Positions 20,849 through 30,039 of a DNA stretch of 64,000 bases are shown here, one piece after another. Made by a program: the position numbers and the translations under genes. Below the pieces are notes generated by a model. That model was not told the DNA's origin. It worked only from the letters and a program-made list of their open reading frames with translations, and made no database searches. Where the stretch lies: positions 1,312,001-1,376,000 of the forward strand of contig CAWBZV010000003.1 in the NCBI GenBank assembly GCA_963793305.1. The letters run 5' to 3'. How positions within the stretch are numbered: the first letter of the stretch is position 1; each line of letters starts with the position of its first letter. The DNA is from an uncultured Gemmatimonadales bacterium. Lineage in GTDB: Bacteria > Gemmatimonadota > Gemmatimonadetes > Gemmatimonadales > Gemmatimonadaceae.

Positions 20849-21272
20849 CGACCAGCGTGCCGTGCATGTACGTGTGAATCGAGCAGTGCCACGTGTACGT
20901 GCCCGGCGTCGTCGGCGTGCCGTCCGTCACCACGGAGTTCGTGACACCCGTGGCATTGCCGTTGGTGAAGCCGAGGTTGGGCAATCCATTCGCGGCGTCC
21001 CACGTCACCGTGTGCGGGACGTTGTCGAACTTGAAGCTGACCGCGGTGCCCGCGGCCACCGTGTCGGGCGTCGGGTTGAAGAAATACGTGCACGATGTGT
21101 TGCTCCCCCCGTACGCACCGCCGCTCGTGGTGCATCCCAGTGCGCTGCCAACTGCTTCGACCTGCGCGTTGTGTCCGCCCGTTGGTCCATTGGCTGGCGC
21201 GGTGCTCGAACTGCAAGCTGCGGCGGCCAGCACGCCTGTGACCGCGGCGGCGATCGCGTAGACTCTCACCAT
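20838..21272 (-). CDS. plastocyanin/cupredoxin-like lipoprotein
   Basis: Lipobox AAACS; PHTV and PGTYTWHCSIHTYMHG type-1 copper ligands. Confidence 0.85.
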   Translation of the reverse strand: MVRVYAIAAAVTGVLAAAACSSSTAPANGPTGGHNAQVEAVGSALGCTTSGGAYGGSNTSCTYFFNPTPDTVAAGTAVSFKFDNVPHTVTWDAANGLPNLGFTNGNATGVTNSVVTDGTPTTPGTYTWHCSIHTYMHGTLVVTQ

Positions 21273-21374
21273 TTCCCTCGTTGAAGAAGACGATAGCAAC
21301 GTAGGGCGAGGGGCATCTACGCCACCCTGATGTTGGGGTGAATATCCACTGCTTTGGGGTGTATGTTGCGGGCC

Positions 21375-22958
21375 ATGGAATCCAGACGGCAGTTCGTCCT
21401 CAGTGGGATCGCCGCCGGTGCAACTGCGCTGTTGCGAAACGCGCCATCCCCCTCGCGTGCGCAAGACAATTTCGAGCTCGCCGAATTAACGGTGTCCGAC
21501 CTGCAAGCGGGCATGCAGTCAGGTCGCTGGACCGCGCGCAGTATCGCCGAGCACTATCTGGCGCGCATCGATCAAGTCGACAAACAGACGCACGCGGTGC
21601 TCGAAACCAACCCGGACGCGTTGCACATTGCGGATGCGCTCGATGCGGAGCGCAAGACCAAAGGTCCTCGCGGTCCGCTCCACGGTATTCCCGTGCTGAT
21701 CAAGGACAACATCGCGACCGCTGATCGCATGCAGACGACCGCCGGCTCATTGGCACTCGTCGGCAGTCTGGTTCCACGCGATGCGTTTATCGTCACCCGC
21801 TTGCGTGCCGCCGGCGCGGTCATCCTCGGCAAAACGAACTTGAGCGAGTGGGCGAATTTCCGTTCCACGCACTCGTCGAGCGGCTGGAGTGGTCGCGGTG
21901 GTCAAACGCGGAACCCCTATGCGCTCGATCGTACCCCGTCCGGCTCGAGCTCTGGCTCAGGCGTTGCGGCGGCCGCGAATCTCGCCGCGCTCACGATCGG
22001 CACCGAGACCGACGGCTCCATTCTTTCACCCTCGTCTTGTAATTCCTGTGTGGGAGTCAAGCCGACGATTGGTCTCGTGTCTCGTGCAGGCATTGTCCCG
22101 ATCTCGCACAATCAAGACACCGCCGGTCCCATTGTTCGCACGGTACGTGATGCCGCTATCCTGTTAACCGTCCTCGCTGGCGTTGATCCGAGAGACAAAG
22201 CCACGAGACCAAAAGGTGTCGACTACGCGGCCAGCCTCGATCCCAATGCACTCCGCGGTGCTCGTATCGGAATTGCCCGGAAGAACTATTTCGGCTACAG
22301 CTGGATCACCGACAAAATCGTGAACGAAGCGATCGACGCGATGAAGCGCCTGGGCGCCGTGATCATCGACCCGGCGGATATCGAGACCGCGGGCAAGTAT
22401 GACGCGGCCGAGCTCGAGGTGTTGTTGTACGATTTCAAAGCGGATCTCAACGCGTATTTGGCCGATCTGGGTCCGGGCGCTCAGGTTCGCACGCTCGCCG
22501 ACGTGATTGCCTTCAACGAGGCGCACGCGGACACGGAGATGCCGTATTTCCGGCAAGAGCAGATGGTGGCGGCGCAGGCCAAGGGCCCGCTGACGAGCCC
22601 CAAATATCTCGCGGCCCTCGCCAAGTGCCACCAGATGGCGCGCACCGATGGCATTGATCACACCATGACCCTCCACCGTCTCGACGCGATCGTCGCGCCG
22701 ACCGGCGGCCCGCCCTCGCCGATCGACCTCGTCGACGGCGATGGCGGTAGCGGTGGGTCGAGCACGACGCCGACCGCGGTCTCGGGCTATCCCGCCGTCA
22801 CCGTGCCAGCCGGGTACGCGTTCGGCCTACCGGTTGGGGTCTCGTTTATGGGGCGAGCATTTTCTGAGGCCAAACTCCTCTCATTGGCGTACGCGTTCGA
22901 GCAGGAGACCAAAGTGCGCCGCCCGCCCGAGCTCAAGCCAACCGTCTCGCTGACGTAA
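21375..22958 (+). CDS. amidase-signature family enzyme with Tat-type signal
   Basis: SRRQFV twin-arginine; GPLHGIPVLIKDNI, GKTNLSEWAN, GSSSGSG, GTETDGSI. Confidence 0.93.
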   Translation: MESRRQFVLSGIAAGATALLRNAPSPSRAQDNFELAELTVSDLQAGMQSGRWTARSIAEHYLARIDQVDKQTHAVLETNPDALHIADALDAERKTKGPRGPLHGIPVLIKDNIATADRMQTTAGSLALVGSLVPRDAFIVTRLRAAGAVILGKTNLSEWANFRSTHSSSGWSGRGGQTRNPYALDRTPSGSSSGSGVAAAANLAALTIGTETDGSILSPSSCNSCVGVKPTIGLVSRAGIVPISHNQDTAGPIVRTVRDAAILLTVLAGVDPRDKATRPKGVDYAASLDPNALRGARIGIARKNYFGYSWITDKIVNEAIDAMKRLGAVIIDPADIETAGKYDAAELEVLLYDFKADLNAYLADLGPGAQVRTLADVIAFNEAHADTEMPYFRQEQMVAAQAKGPLTSPKYLAALAKCHQMARTDGIDHTMTLHRLDAIVAPTGGPPSPIDLVDGDGGSGGSSTTPTAVSGYPAVTVPAGYAFGLPVGVSFMGRAFSEAKLLSLAYAFEQETKVRRPPELKPTVSLT

Positions 22959-22996
22959 CACGGAACCTCTGTTCTCGTCGTCGTACACGTACGGCG

Positions 22997-23506
22997 ATGA
23001 CGAGCAGCATAACGGCCAACGACCACGTGTTTGGACCGGCGGACGCGCCGGTCACGCTTCTCATGTACGGCAACTACGAATGCCTGCATTGCCGGCGGGT
23101 GTATCCGGAAGTTGCCGCCATCCGTGCCGACCTCGGCGCTGACTTGCGGTTCGTGTATCGACACTTCGCGCTGACCGCGGATTTTCCGCACGCGGAATTG
23201 GCGGCCGAAGCGGCCGAAGCAGCGGGGGCGCAAGGGCGATTCTGGGAGATGCACGAAGCGTTGTCCCTCCGTGCTCCGTCACTGGTACGCGAGGCGCTAC
23301 TCGCCGAAGCCGAGCGCTTGCACCTGGATGTGGCCCGTCTCGCCGCTGATCTCGATGGGCACACGTACCGCGCACTCGTCCGTGAGAAGACGACTGGTGC
23401 GTTGGCGTCAGGCGTGCGCAGCACGCCGACGTTCTTTGTGAATGACATGCACGTCGAGGACCCGTGGGACCTCGACGGTCTGCGCGCCGCGTTACAGCGC
23501 GCCTAA
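22997..23506 (+). CDS. DsbA/thioredoxin-fold protein
   Basis: GPADAPVT, YECLHC (CxxC), FVYRHF, GVRSTPTFFVN. Confidence 0.9.
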   Translation: MTSSITANDHVFGPADAPVTLLMYGNYECLHCRRVYPEVAAIRADLGADLRFVYRHFALTADFPHAELAAEAAEAAGAQGRFWEMHEALSLRAPSLVREALLAEAERLHLDVARLAADLDGHTYRALVREKTTGALASGVRSTPTFFVNDMHVEDPWDLDGLRAALQRA

Positions 23507-24136
23507 CGCGAGCGCTCTGACGTGCGGCAGTCCGGCGCGTTCCGCGGCGCCGATGGTCTCATTGATGATCGCGCGTGCCTCGCCAATCCGGCCGCGACGC
23601 GACGCAACGCTCGCTTCGGCGATCCGCATTCTGAGCTCGCCGACGACGTCGCCTCGACGCAGCGCCAACGCTTGGGCCTCGCGGAAGCTCTGCGTGGCTT
23701 CGTCGAAGCGACCGAGCGCTCGCAGGGCTTCGCCGCCGCGCTCATACGCTTCGGCCGCGATCGCCGCGTGCAGCGGAATCTCGAGCTGCGCGAGCAGCGT
23801 CTCGTAGACATTGACCGCCAACGCCCACTCGGCCACTTCGTGCAAGCGAGCCGCGTAGGTGTGCAAGGCATCAACGACGCGTTGGCGACGCAGTCGCCAC
23901 GCACTGCCGACGGCCGAGAACAGCGCGATGAGCGCGGGGTACAACGGCGACTCGCGATCGACTTGGGAGACGGCATGTCGCACCCGACGGAGCTCACGCC
24001 AACTCGGCCGACGGCCGGACACACGCCGGTCGGCGAGTCGAATCGTGACGAGCCCCGCCGACGTTGTTCGCCAATCCGCGCTGTCCGGCGTACATCGGCT
24101 CAACACTTGAAAGAACGGGATGTGTAATGAGGACAT
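23492..24136 (-). CDS. TPR-like protein, short paralog of 19544..20848
   Basis: Shares HxxFF, AGLxTxRLxD, YAxxL...WAxA..Y, LRxxGR, GD..., RG motifs with the N-terminal half of 19544..20848. Confidence 0.65.
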   Translation of the reverse strand: MSSLHIPFFQVLSRCTPDSADWRTTSAGLVTIRLADRRVSGRRPSWRELRRVRHAVSQVDRESPLYPALIALFSAVGSAWRLRRQRVVDALHTYAARLHEVAEWALAVNVYETLLAQLEIPLHAAIAAEAYERGGEALRALGRFDEATQSFREAQALALRRGDVVGELRMRIAEASVASRRGRIGEARAIINETIGAAERAGLPHVRALALGAL

Positions 24137-24227
24137 ATCTTATTAAAGACGCATATCTGGTGCGCGTCCTCCATGTCTTACCGAGCAGGGATCGCGCCCC
24201 ACGCGCGTCGCCCGTAGATTTGTGACG

Positions 24228-25472
24228 ATGAAGCAACGGGTTGTCGTCACTGGCATGGGCGCGCTCACGCCGATCGGAAACACGGTCGGCGAGTTTTGGT
24301 CCGCGGCCCTGCGCGGTGAAAGCGGTGCCACTCCTATTACGCGGTTCGACGCGTCGGCGTTCGATACGCGCTTCGCTGCCGATGTCAAAGGCTTCGATCC
24401 GCTCGAGCACCTCGATCGCAAGCTCGCGAAGCGACTCGATCCGTTCTGTCAGTACGCGATCGTTGCGGCCGATGAGGCCCTGCGAGATGCCGGCATCACT
24501 CCCGCGGCGCTCTCAACCGAGGCCAAGTCCCGCATTGGCGTGATCTTTGGTAGTGGCATCGGCGGGATACAGACCTTGCAGGCGCAATCGGCCGAGTTCC
24601 AGAAACACGGCCCCAACCGGTTATCGCCATTCTTCGTTCCGATGATGATCTCGGACATGGCGGCCGGCATCATCTCGATCCGCCACGGCTTCACCGGACC
24701 GAACCATTGCGTCGTCTCCGCCTGCGCGACGGGGAATCACAATATCGGCGATGGTCTCGCGGCGATTCGCGCGGGGGACGCCGACATCGTGCTGTGTGGC
24801 GGCAGCGAGGCCGTGATCTGCGAGCTCGGCGTCGGTGGGTTCTGCGCCATGCGCGCGATGTCCACGCGCAACGACTGCCCGCAGATGGCGAGCCGACCGT
24901 TCGACAAGGATCGCGACGGCTTTGTCATGGGCGAGGGCGCGGCCGCGCTCGTGCTCGAATCCCTGGAGCACGCCGAGAAACGCGGCGCGCGCATCTACGC
25001 CGAGCTGCTGTCCGTGGGCTCGTCGGCCGACGCGTATCACATGACCGCGCCACACCCGGAAGGGCTCGGCGCGCGCCTGGCAATGGCTGCCGCACTGCGC
25101 GATGGCGGTATCACGCTCGACGACGTCGACACCATCAACATGCACGCGACCTCTACACCACTCGGTGACGAGTCGGAGTCGCGGGCCATCAGAACGCTGT
25201 TCGGTGACAAGGCGGACCGCATCACGGCGACATCGACCAAGAGCATGACGGGCCACATGCTCGGCGCGGCCGGTGCGGCCGAGGCGATTCTGTCGATCCT
25301 GAGCATCGTGCACGGCGTCGTACCGCCCACGATCAACGTGCGGCAGCCCGACCCCGCGTGCGATCTCAGCTACGCGTTCAACACGCCGGTCGAGCGCCCC
25401 ATCCGCGTGGCGCTCAGCAACGCCTTCGGGTTCGGCGGCCACAACACGACGGTGGCGTTCCGAGCCCTATAG
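24228..25472 (+). CDS. fabF: beta-ketoacyl-ACP synthase II
   Basis: RVVVTGMG, SACATG, SRPFDKDRDGFVMGEG, HATST, KSMTGHMLGAAG, SNAFGFGGHN. Confidence 0.96.
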   Translation: MKQRVVVTGMGALTPIGNTVGEFWSAALRGESGATPITRFDASAFDTRFAADVKGFDPLEHLDRKLAKRLDPFCQYAIVAADEALRDAGITPAALSTEAKSRIGVIFGSGIGGIQTLQAQSAEFQKHGPNRLSPFFVPMMISDMAAGIISIRHGFTGPNHCVVSACATGNHNIGDGLAAIRAGDADIVLCGGSEAVICELGVGGFCAMRAMSTRNDCPQMASRPFDKDRDGFVMGEGAAALVLESLEHAEKRGARIYAELLSVGSSADAYHMTAPHPEGLGARLAMAAALRDGGITLDDVDTINMHATSTPLGDESESRAIRTLFGDKADRITATSTKSMTGHMLGAAGAAEAILSILSIVHGVVPPTINVRQPDPACDLSYAFNTPVERPIRVALSNAFGFGGHNTTVAFRAL

Positions 25473-25473
25473 G

Positions 25474-25752
25474 TCAGCGCAGAAAGCGCTCTGCCAGCTG
25501 CTCCAGACGCTCATCGTGGTCAGCCCGCGCCCGCGTGAGAATGCGCTCGACGTACGGCCGGAGCTTCCGCTCGCCCCAGTAGTATCCGGTCGCCATCTCG
25601 GCGCTGCCGGTCTCGCCGTCCCGCGCGGCTTCGAGCAGCGCGACCGCCGCGGCTTCGTCGAACGACGGGTCCTCGCGTGGCGGGAGATCAAACCGGCGGG
25701 CCGGGTTGCCCCAATGCCCGCCGGCATCATCATCGACGAATGCGCGGGACAT
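25474..25752 (-). CDS. hypothetical protein (MSRAFV... N-terminus)
   Basis: Compact ORF filling the gap between 25756 and fabF with typical codon bias. Confidence 0.6.
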   Translation of the reverse strand: MSRAFVDDDAGGHWGNPARRFDLPPREDPSFDEAAAVALLEAARDGETGSAEMATGYYWGERKLRPYVERILTRARADHDERLEQLAERFLR

Positions 25753-25755
25753 ACT

Positions 25756-26538
25756 CTACAACGGGACGATCTGCGAGCGAATGGTCTGCGTGCTCGCGGG
25801 CCCATCACCCGTGTCGGGGAACGACTCCACCAGTCGCATGATCTGCGTGACCTTCGATCCGAGATACCGGCCGGTCACACTCACATATTGCACACCGCGG
25901 ATCGTGCCGTCGCCCGCGACGCGCAGCACCTTCCCGCCCTCGGTGCCCTGGCCGCTCAGCGCGATGCTGCCCGTCCGTTCGATCCGCCACGCGCGCTCGC
26001 CCGCATAGGTCGTATCGCCCGTCACCTTCGACATCACGATCCGCTGGGTCGACACGGAGTCGAACGGCCCACGCTTGCCGGACCGCTCCTTCGACGTATC
26101 GGCCCACGCCGAGCCGGCCCCAACCGACGCGCGGAGCGCCGGCAGAAAATACTTAAATCCCCCGTACAGGCCGCGCAGGTTTCCGTCGGCGCTGGCCGGT
26201 GGATCGAACGCGTATATCTGCCCGGTTGGTGAAAGCATGCCGGTGAGCTTCACGCCCTTGGCCCACGACAGATCCTGTTTCGGCGCATCAAGCGCCGATT
26301 CTTGATCGATCGAATCAATCGTGACCGTGAGCGCAAGCGTGTCGCGCGACTGCTGCGTGAGATGGACCGTCACGACCTGCTTCGTCGTGTAGTCGAACTC
26401 GGCGGGCGCCCGGCCGCCGTTTTGATCGCGCTGATTCTGCGTGGCGATCTCGATGCGATATCGCTGTGTGCCAGGCGTGTAGGCGAATGTCTGGGCGCCC
26501 AGAGGCGCCGCGAAGACCAAGAGGGTGAGGCAGCGCAT
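25756..26538 (-). CDS. secreted hypothetical protein
   Basis: Signal peptide MRCLTLLVFAAPLGA-Q; beta-rich mature region. Confidence 0.7.
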   Translation of the reverse strand: MRCLTLLVFAAPLGAQTFAYTPGTQRYRIEIATQNQRDQNGGRAPAEFDYTTKQVVTVHLTQQSRDTLALTVTIDSIDQESALDAPKQDLSWAKGVKLTGMLSPTGQIYAFDPPASADGNLRGLYGGFKYFLPALRASVGAGSAWADTSKERSGKRGPFDSVSTQRIVMSKVTGDTTYAGERAWRIERTGSIALSGQGTEGGKVLRVAGDGTIRGVQYVSVTGRYLGSKVTQIMRLVESFPDTGDGPASTQTIRSQIVPL

Positions 26539-26547
26539 GACCATAAC

Positions 26548-27594
26548 CTAATCGTGTCCGGGCGGCGTCGCTGTCATGACCCGCACCACCGGCGCGCCGC
26601 CGATGTCTTGCAGCGGGAAGTAGATCAAGTGGGTGCGTGGGTCCACCGCTACGGTGTGTGCGTGCGGTAACGCAAAATCGCCGTCACGGACCAGGCGCAT
26701 GCCATCATGCGCCGCGACTTCGGTAAACGCGGAGACCGTCCCCGACTCGGTCCCGACGTACAGTCGCCCCCACGCGGGATCGAACGCCAGCACATCGGGC
26801 TCGGCGCCGACGCTGTACGTGGCCACGACGCGATCGGAGGTGAGATCCAGCACGCCGACGCGGGCATTGGTTTCGCCGGCCACGAACGCCACGCGCCGGG
26901 CGGCATCGAGCGCGATCCCGTGTGGCCGCTGAATGCCCGGCACCGGCACGTGCGCCACGATGCGATTGGTTTCCGGGTCGATCACCACGATCTCGTTCGT
27001 CTCGTGCACCGCTACGAGGATGCACGCGGTCACGGGATCGTAGACGGTGTTACCCGCCTCGCCACCCACCGGGATGCGCGTCACCAGCGTGTCGGCGTAC
27101 ACGTCGATCACGGCATTGGCGCCACCGTGCTCGTCCGACACGAAGATGCGGCGCACGTTCGGCGCGTACGCGATGCCATCCGGATAATCGATCCCGCTGA
27201 TGCGAGCCAACACGCTATCGTTGCGCATGTCGACCACCGCCACTTGCTGGCGTCCGGTCACCGACGCATACAATCGCCCGAGCTCGGGGACGGCCCACAC
27301 GCCATGCACTTCCGAGAATCCGCCGAGGTCGGCGACCACACGCTGATTTTTCACGTCGACGATGAGCAGCGTGCCGGCGTCCATGTGGGCGACGTACAGA
27401 AGATCCGTGGTCGTATCGAGGCTCTGGTAGTCGAACCGCACCGCCGGGCCAGGCACCGGAATCTCGGCGACCGTCTTGAGCAAGAAAGCGCCGCGGCCTG
27501 GCCCAGGCGGCGGCGCAATGGCCACCGCTGGTGGTGTCGGCCTCGTCTTCGGCTGACAGGAGGGGAGATACAGGATCAGTGCAATCGCGAGCAT
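26548..27594 (-). CDS. YncE-family beta-propeller protein; start approximate
   Basis: RFDY, LLYVAHM, VHGV, YPDGIAYAP, RPHGIALD, EPDVLAFDP, HAHTVAVDP. Confidence 0.82.
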   Translation of the reverse strand: MLAIALILYLPSCQPKTRPTPPAVAIAPPPGPGRGAFLLKTVAEIPVPGPAVRFDYQSLDTTTDLLYVAHMDAGTLLIVDVKNQRVVADLGGFSEVHGVWAVPELGRLYASVTGRQQVAVVDMRNDSVLARISGIDYPDGIAYAPNVRRIFVSDEHGGANAVIDVYADTLVTRIPVGGEAGNTVYDPVTACILVAVHETNEIVVIDPETNRIVAHVPVPGIQRPHGIALDAARRVAFVAGETNARVGVLDLTSDRVVATYSVGAEPDVLAFDPAWGRLYVGTESGTVSAFTEVAAHDGMRLVRDGDFALPHAHTVAVDPRTHLIYFPLQDIGGAPVVRVMTATPPGHD

Positions 27595-27733
27595 TGCCAC
27601 AATCGTACGGATTGCGCCCGCTATGTCCAGTCGCTGCAACGAGAAACAATTGTTACCGAGCACGGACAAAAGTCCGGATCCGGCGGTCGGTGGGTGGTGT
27701 CAGTTGGCTGACATCCCACTTACGGAGAACGGC

Positions 27734-29194
27734 ATGCCCGGCGACACCACGATCGTTTACAACCCCAGCACCACTGACTACGGCCCGGCGATCCAAGCGG
27801 CGATCGCCACGGCAAATTCAGCCGGCGGCGGCACAGTGAGTATCCCATCGGGCACTTATCCGGTTCTCACGACGATCAACTTCCAGAGCGGGACTGGTGT
27901 GACAATCCAAGGCGCCGGACTGGGCACGACGCTCGCATGCCAGATGGCGAGCCCGAATGCGGGTGGGATCGTCGCATCATCGACGACCCGTTGTGCCATT
28001 CGGGATCTTCGCATGACTGGCGCGGGGACCACGACGACGCTGAACGGGTTGATCTTCGCCCAAGCCGCCACACAGCTCACCGTTGATTCCGTGCGCTTCG
28101 AGAACGGTGGGAGTCATCTCAGTCTGAACGGCTGCACCTACTGCACGGTCTCGAACACCTCCCACAACGGTCTGACAATCCCCTCACAAGTCCTCGTCCT
28201 CTACCAGTGCAAGTGGTGCTCGCTGATCAATCCGATCGTATCGGGCTTCGCTTTTCCGTCACAGATTGGCGGGACCCCACGCGTCATTATTCTCAACGAC
28301 TGCACGGACGTGAACGTCAATGGGGGCAGCATCACCAATGTCGACCTCTCTCCCACGGGCGGTGGTGCCGGGTTCTCGTTCTTCAACTCCAATCATTGCA
28401 CGCTGACCGGCTTCACAGTCAGCGGGTTGGGGTCCGCCGATGGAATCGAGGTGTCGACGGGCTGCAGCTACATCGCGATCAGCAACTGTGACTCGTCCAA
28501 CAACAGCCAGAACACCGGAACGGGCAGCCCGGTGGGCGACGGGTTCGACATCTTCCATTCGTCGTACATCCGCATATCCAACTGCATTGCGTACAGCAAC
28601 GGCACGAACGGCGCTCACCCGGGGTTCGAGATCGTGACGTGTAACGACGTCTCGATCACGAACTGCCTCAGCCAATCGAACAACTCACACGGCTTCCTCA
28701 TCGAGGCGTCGACCGACGTGTTGCTGTCGGGATGCAGCGCCATTGATAACGGCGACTCCGGAGTGTACGCGACCTCAGGGTCGGGGGTGCAAACGCAAGA
28801 CCTCCGTATTATCGGCGGTGACTGCAGCAGCAACAACCGGAACGGAACGACGGATCCCACCATGCCCTGGCGGGAATCGGGCATCGTGCTTTACGACGCC
28901 ACGACGGCCTGGATCGTCGGCACGCGAGCGTCCGAGCCCAACTCGGCGTCGCCGGAACAACGGTATGGGATCTACGTCAACAATACCTCGACGGCGACGA
29001 TCATTGGCTGTCACACTGCGAGTAACGCCGTTGACAACATCTTTGTGTATAGCATGGCGACCGCGAAACCGATCGCCGGTGATACGAATCTAGGGACGGT
29101 GATCGTCAGTGGCTCCAAGGACGGGAATGTGGCGCTCGCCAGCTTGGTTTCGGCGCTGGCAGGGCTCAACATCATTCACGACGGGACGAGCTAA
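27734..29194 (+). CDS. right-handed parallel beta-helix protein (pectate-lyase-3/tailspike-like)
   Basis: DYGPAIQAAI..GGGTVSIPSGTY N-cap; repeated (I/V)SNC..(S/Y)NN..G turns; no signal peptide. Confidence 0.85.
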   Translation: MPGDTTIVYNPSTTDYGPAIQAAIATANSAGGGTVSIPSGTYPVLTTINFQSGTGVTIQGAGLGTTLACQMASPNAGGIVASSTTRCAIRDLRMTGAGTTTTLNGLIFAQAATQLTVDSVRFENGGSHLSLNGCTYCTVSNTSHNGLTIPSQVLVLYQCKWCSLINPIVSGFAFPSQIGGTPRVIILNDCTDVNVNGGSITNVDLSPTGGGAGFSFFNSNHCTLTGFTVSGLGSADGIEVSTGCSYIAISNCDSSNNSQNTGTGSPVGDGFDIFHSSYIRISNCIAYSNGTNGAHPGFEIVTCNDVSITNCLSQSNNSHGFLIEASTDVLLSGCSAIDNGDSGVYATSGSGVQTQDLRIIGGDCSSNNRNGTTDPTMPWRESGIVLYDATTAWIVGTRASEPNSASPEQRYGIYVNNTSTATIIGCHTASNAVDNIFVYSMATAKPIAGDTNLGTVIVSGSKDGNVALASLVSALAGLNIIHDGTS

Positions 29195-30039
29195 TCTCCG
29201 ATGCTCCAGCGCGCGATGAGGGCCGAGTAGAGACGACCCGCGATTGGACCCGGACGGCCGTCCCCCACGGGGCGGCCGTCGATCGCGACGACCGGCATCA
29301 CATCGTTCGTCGTGCCCGTCAGGAAGCTCTCGCTCAGCCTTGGAATATCGTCGACGAACATCGGCTCCTCCCGTACCGCGAGTCCCAACTCGTGCGCCAA
29401 TTCCAGCACGACCTCTCGCGTAATGCCCGGCAGGATGTAATTGCTCCTCGGGTGTGTTCGAACCACGCCATCGATCACGCCAAAGAAATTCGTAGCCGCG
29501 CCTTCCATGATGACGCCATCGCGCATCAGGATCGCCTCGTGCACGCCCGCGGCCACGGCCTTCTGCTTGGCCAACACATTGGGCAACAGGTTGACCGTCT
29601 TGAGATCACACCGCGCCCAACGCTGGTCAGCTAGCAGAATAGTGCCGACTCCCGAAGCCCTCTTGTCGTGCAGTGGTGTAAATATGCTCGCGCTCGCGTA
29701 CACCGTGACCGGCGTACCGGCCGGCGGGAATTGATGCGTTCGAGGCGCCGCGCCGCGCGTGACTTGCCAGTACACCGTCGCCTCACCGCGCGCGAGCCCG
29801 TTGTCGCGGAGCAGACGAAGAGAGATCGCAACCAGCTCGGAGGGCGAGTATACCAGGTCGAGACCGGCCAAGCTGCGTTCCAGCCGCCGCACGTGGCGAT
29901 CGACCTCCAGCAACACCCCATCCCGCGAGCGCGTAACCTCATAGACCCCGTCGCCGAACACGAACCCTCGGTCATCGACGGAGACGACCGCCTGGTCGCG
30001 GTCTACAAACTGGCCATTCACATACACGATGCCTGTCAT
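29191..30039 (-). CDS. dat: D-amino-acid transaminase (class IV aminotransferase)
   Basis: VSVDDRGFVFGDGVYEV, YWQVTRG, RWARCDLKTVNLLPN, ILPGITR. Confidence 0.9.
   Translation of the reverse strand: MTGIVYVNGQFVDRDQAVVSVDDRGFVFGDGVYEVTRSRDGVLLEVDRHVRRLERSLAGLDLVYSPSELVAISLRLLRDNGLARGEATVYWQVTRGAAPRTHQFPPAGTPVTVYASASIFTPLHDKRASGVGTILLADQRWARCDLKTVNLLPNVLAKQKAVAAGVHEAILMRDGVIMEGAATNFFGVIDGVVRTHPRSNYILPGITREVVLELAHELGLAVREEPMFVDDIPRLSESFLTGTTNDVMPVVAIDGRPVGDGRPGPIAGRLYSALIARWSIGD

Noticed and set aside
24228..25472. Type II PKS or secondary metabolite cluster around fabF and the SARP regulator
   Set aside because: No ACP, chain-length factor or tailoring genes adjacent; the sequence is a standard FabF.
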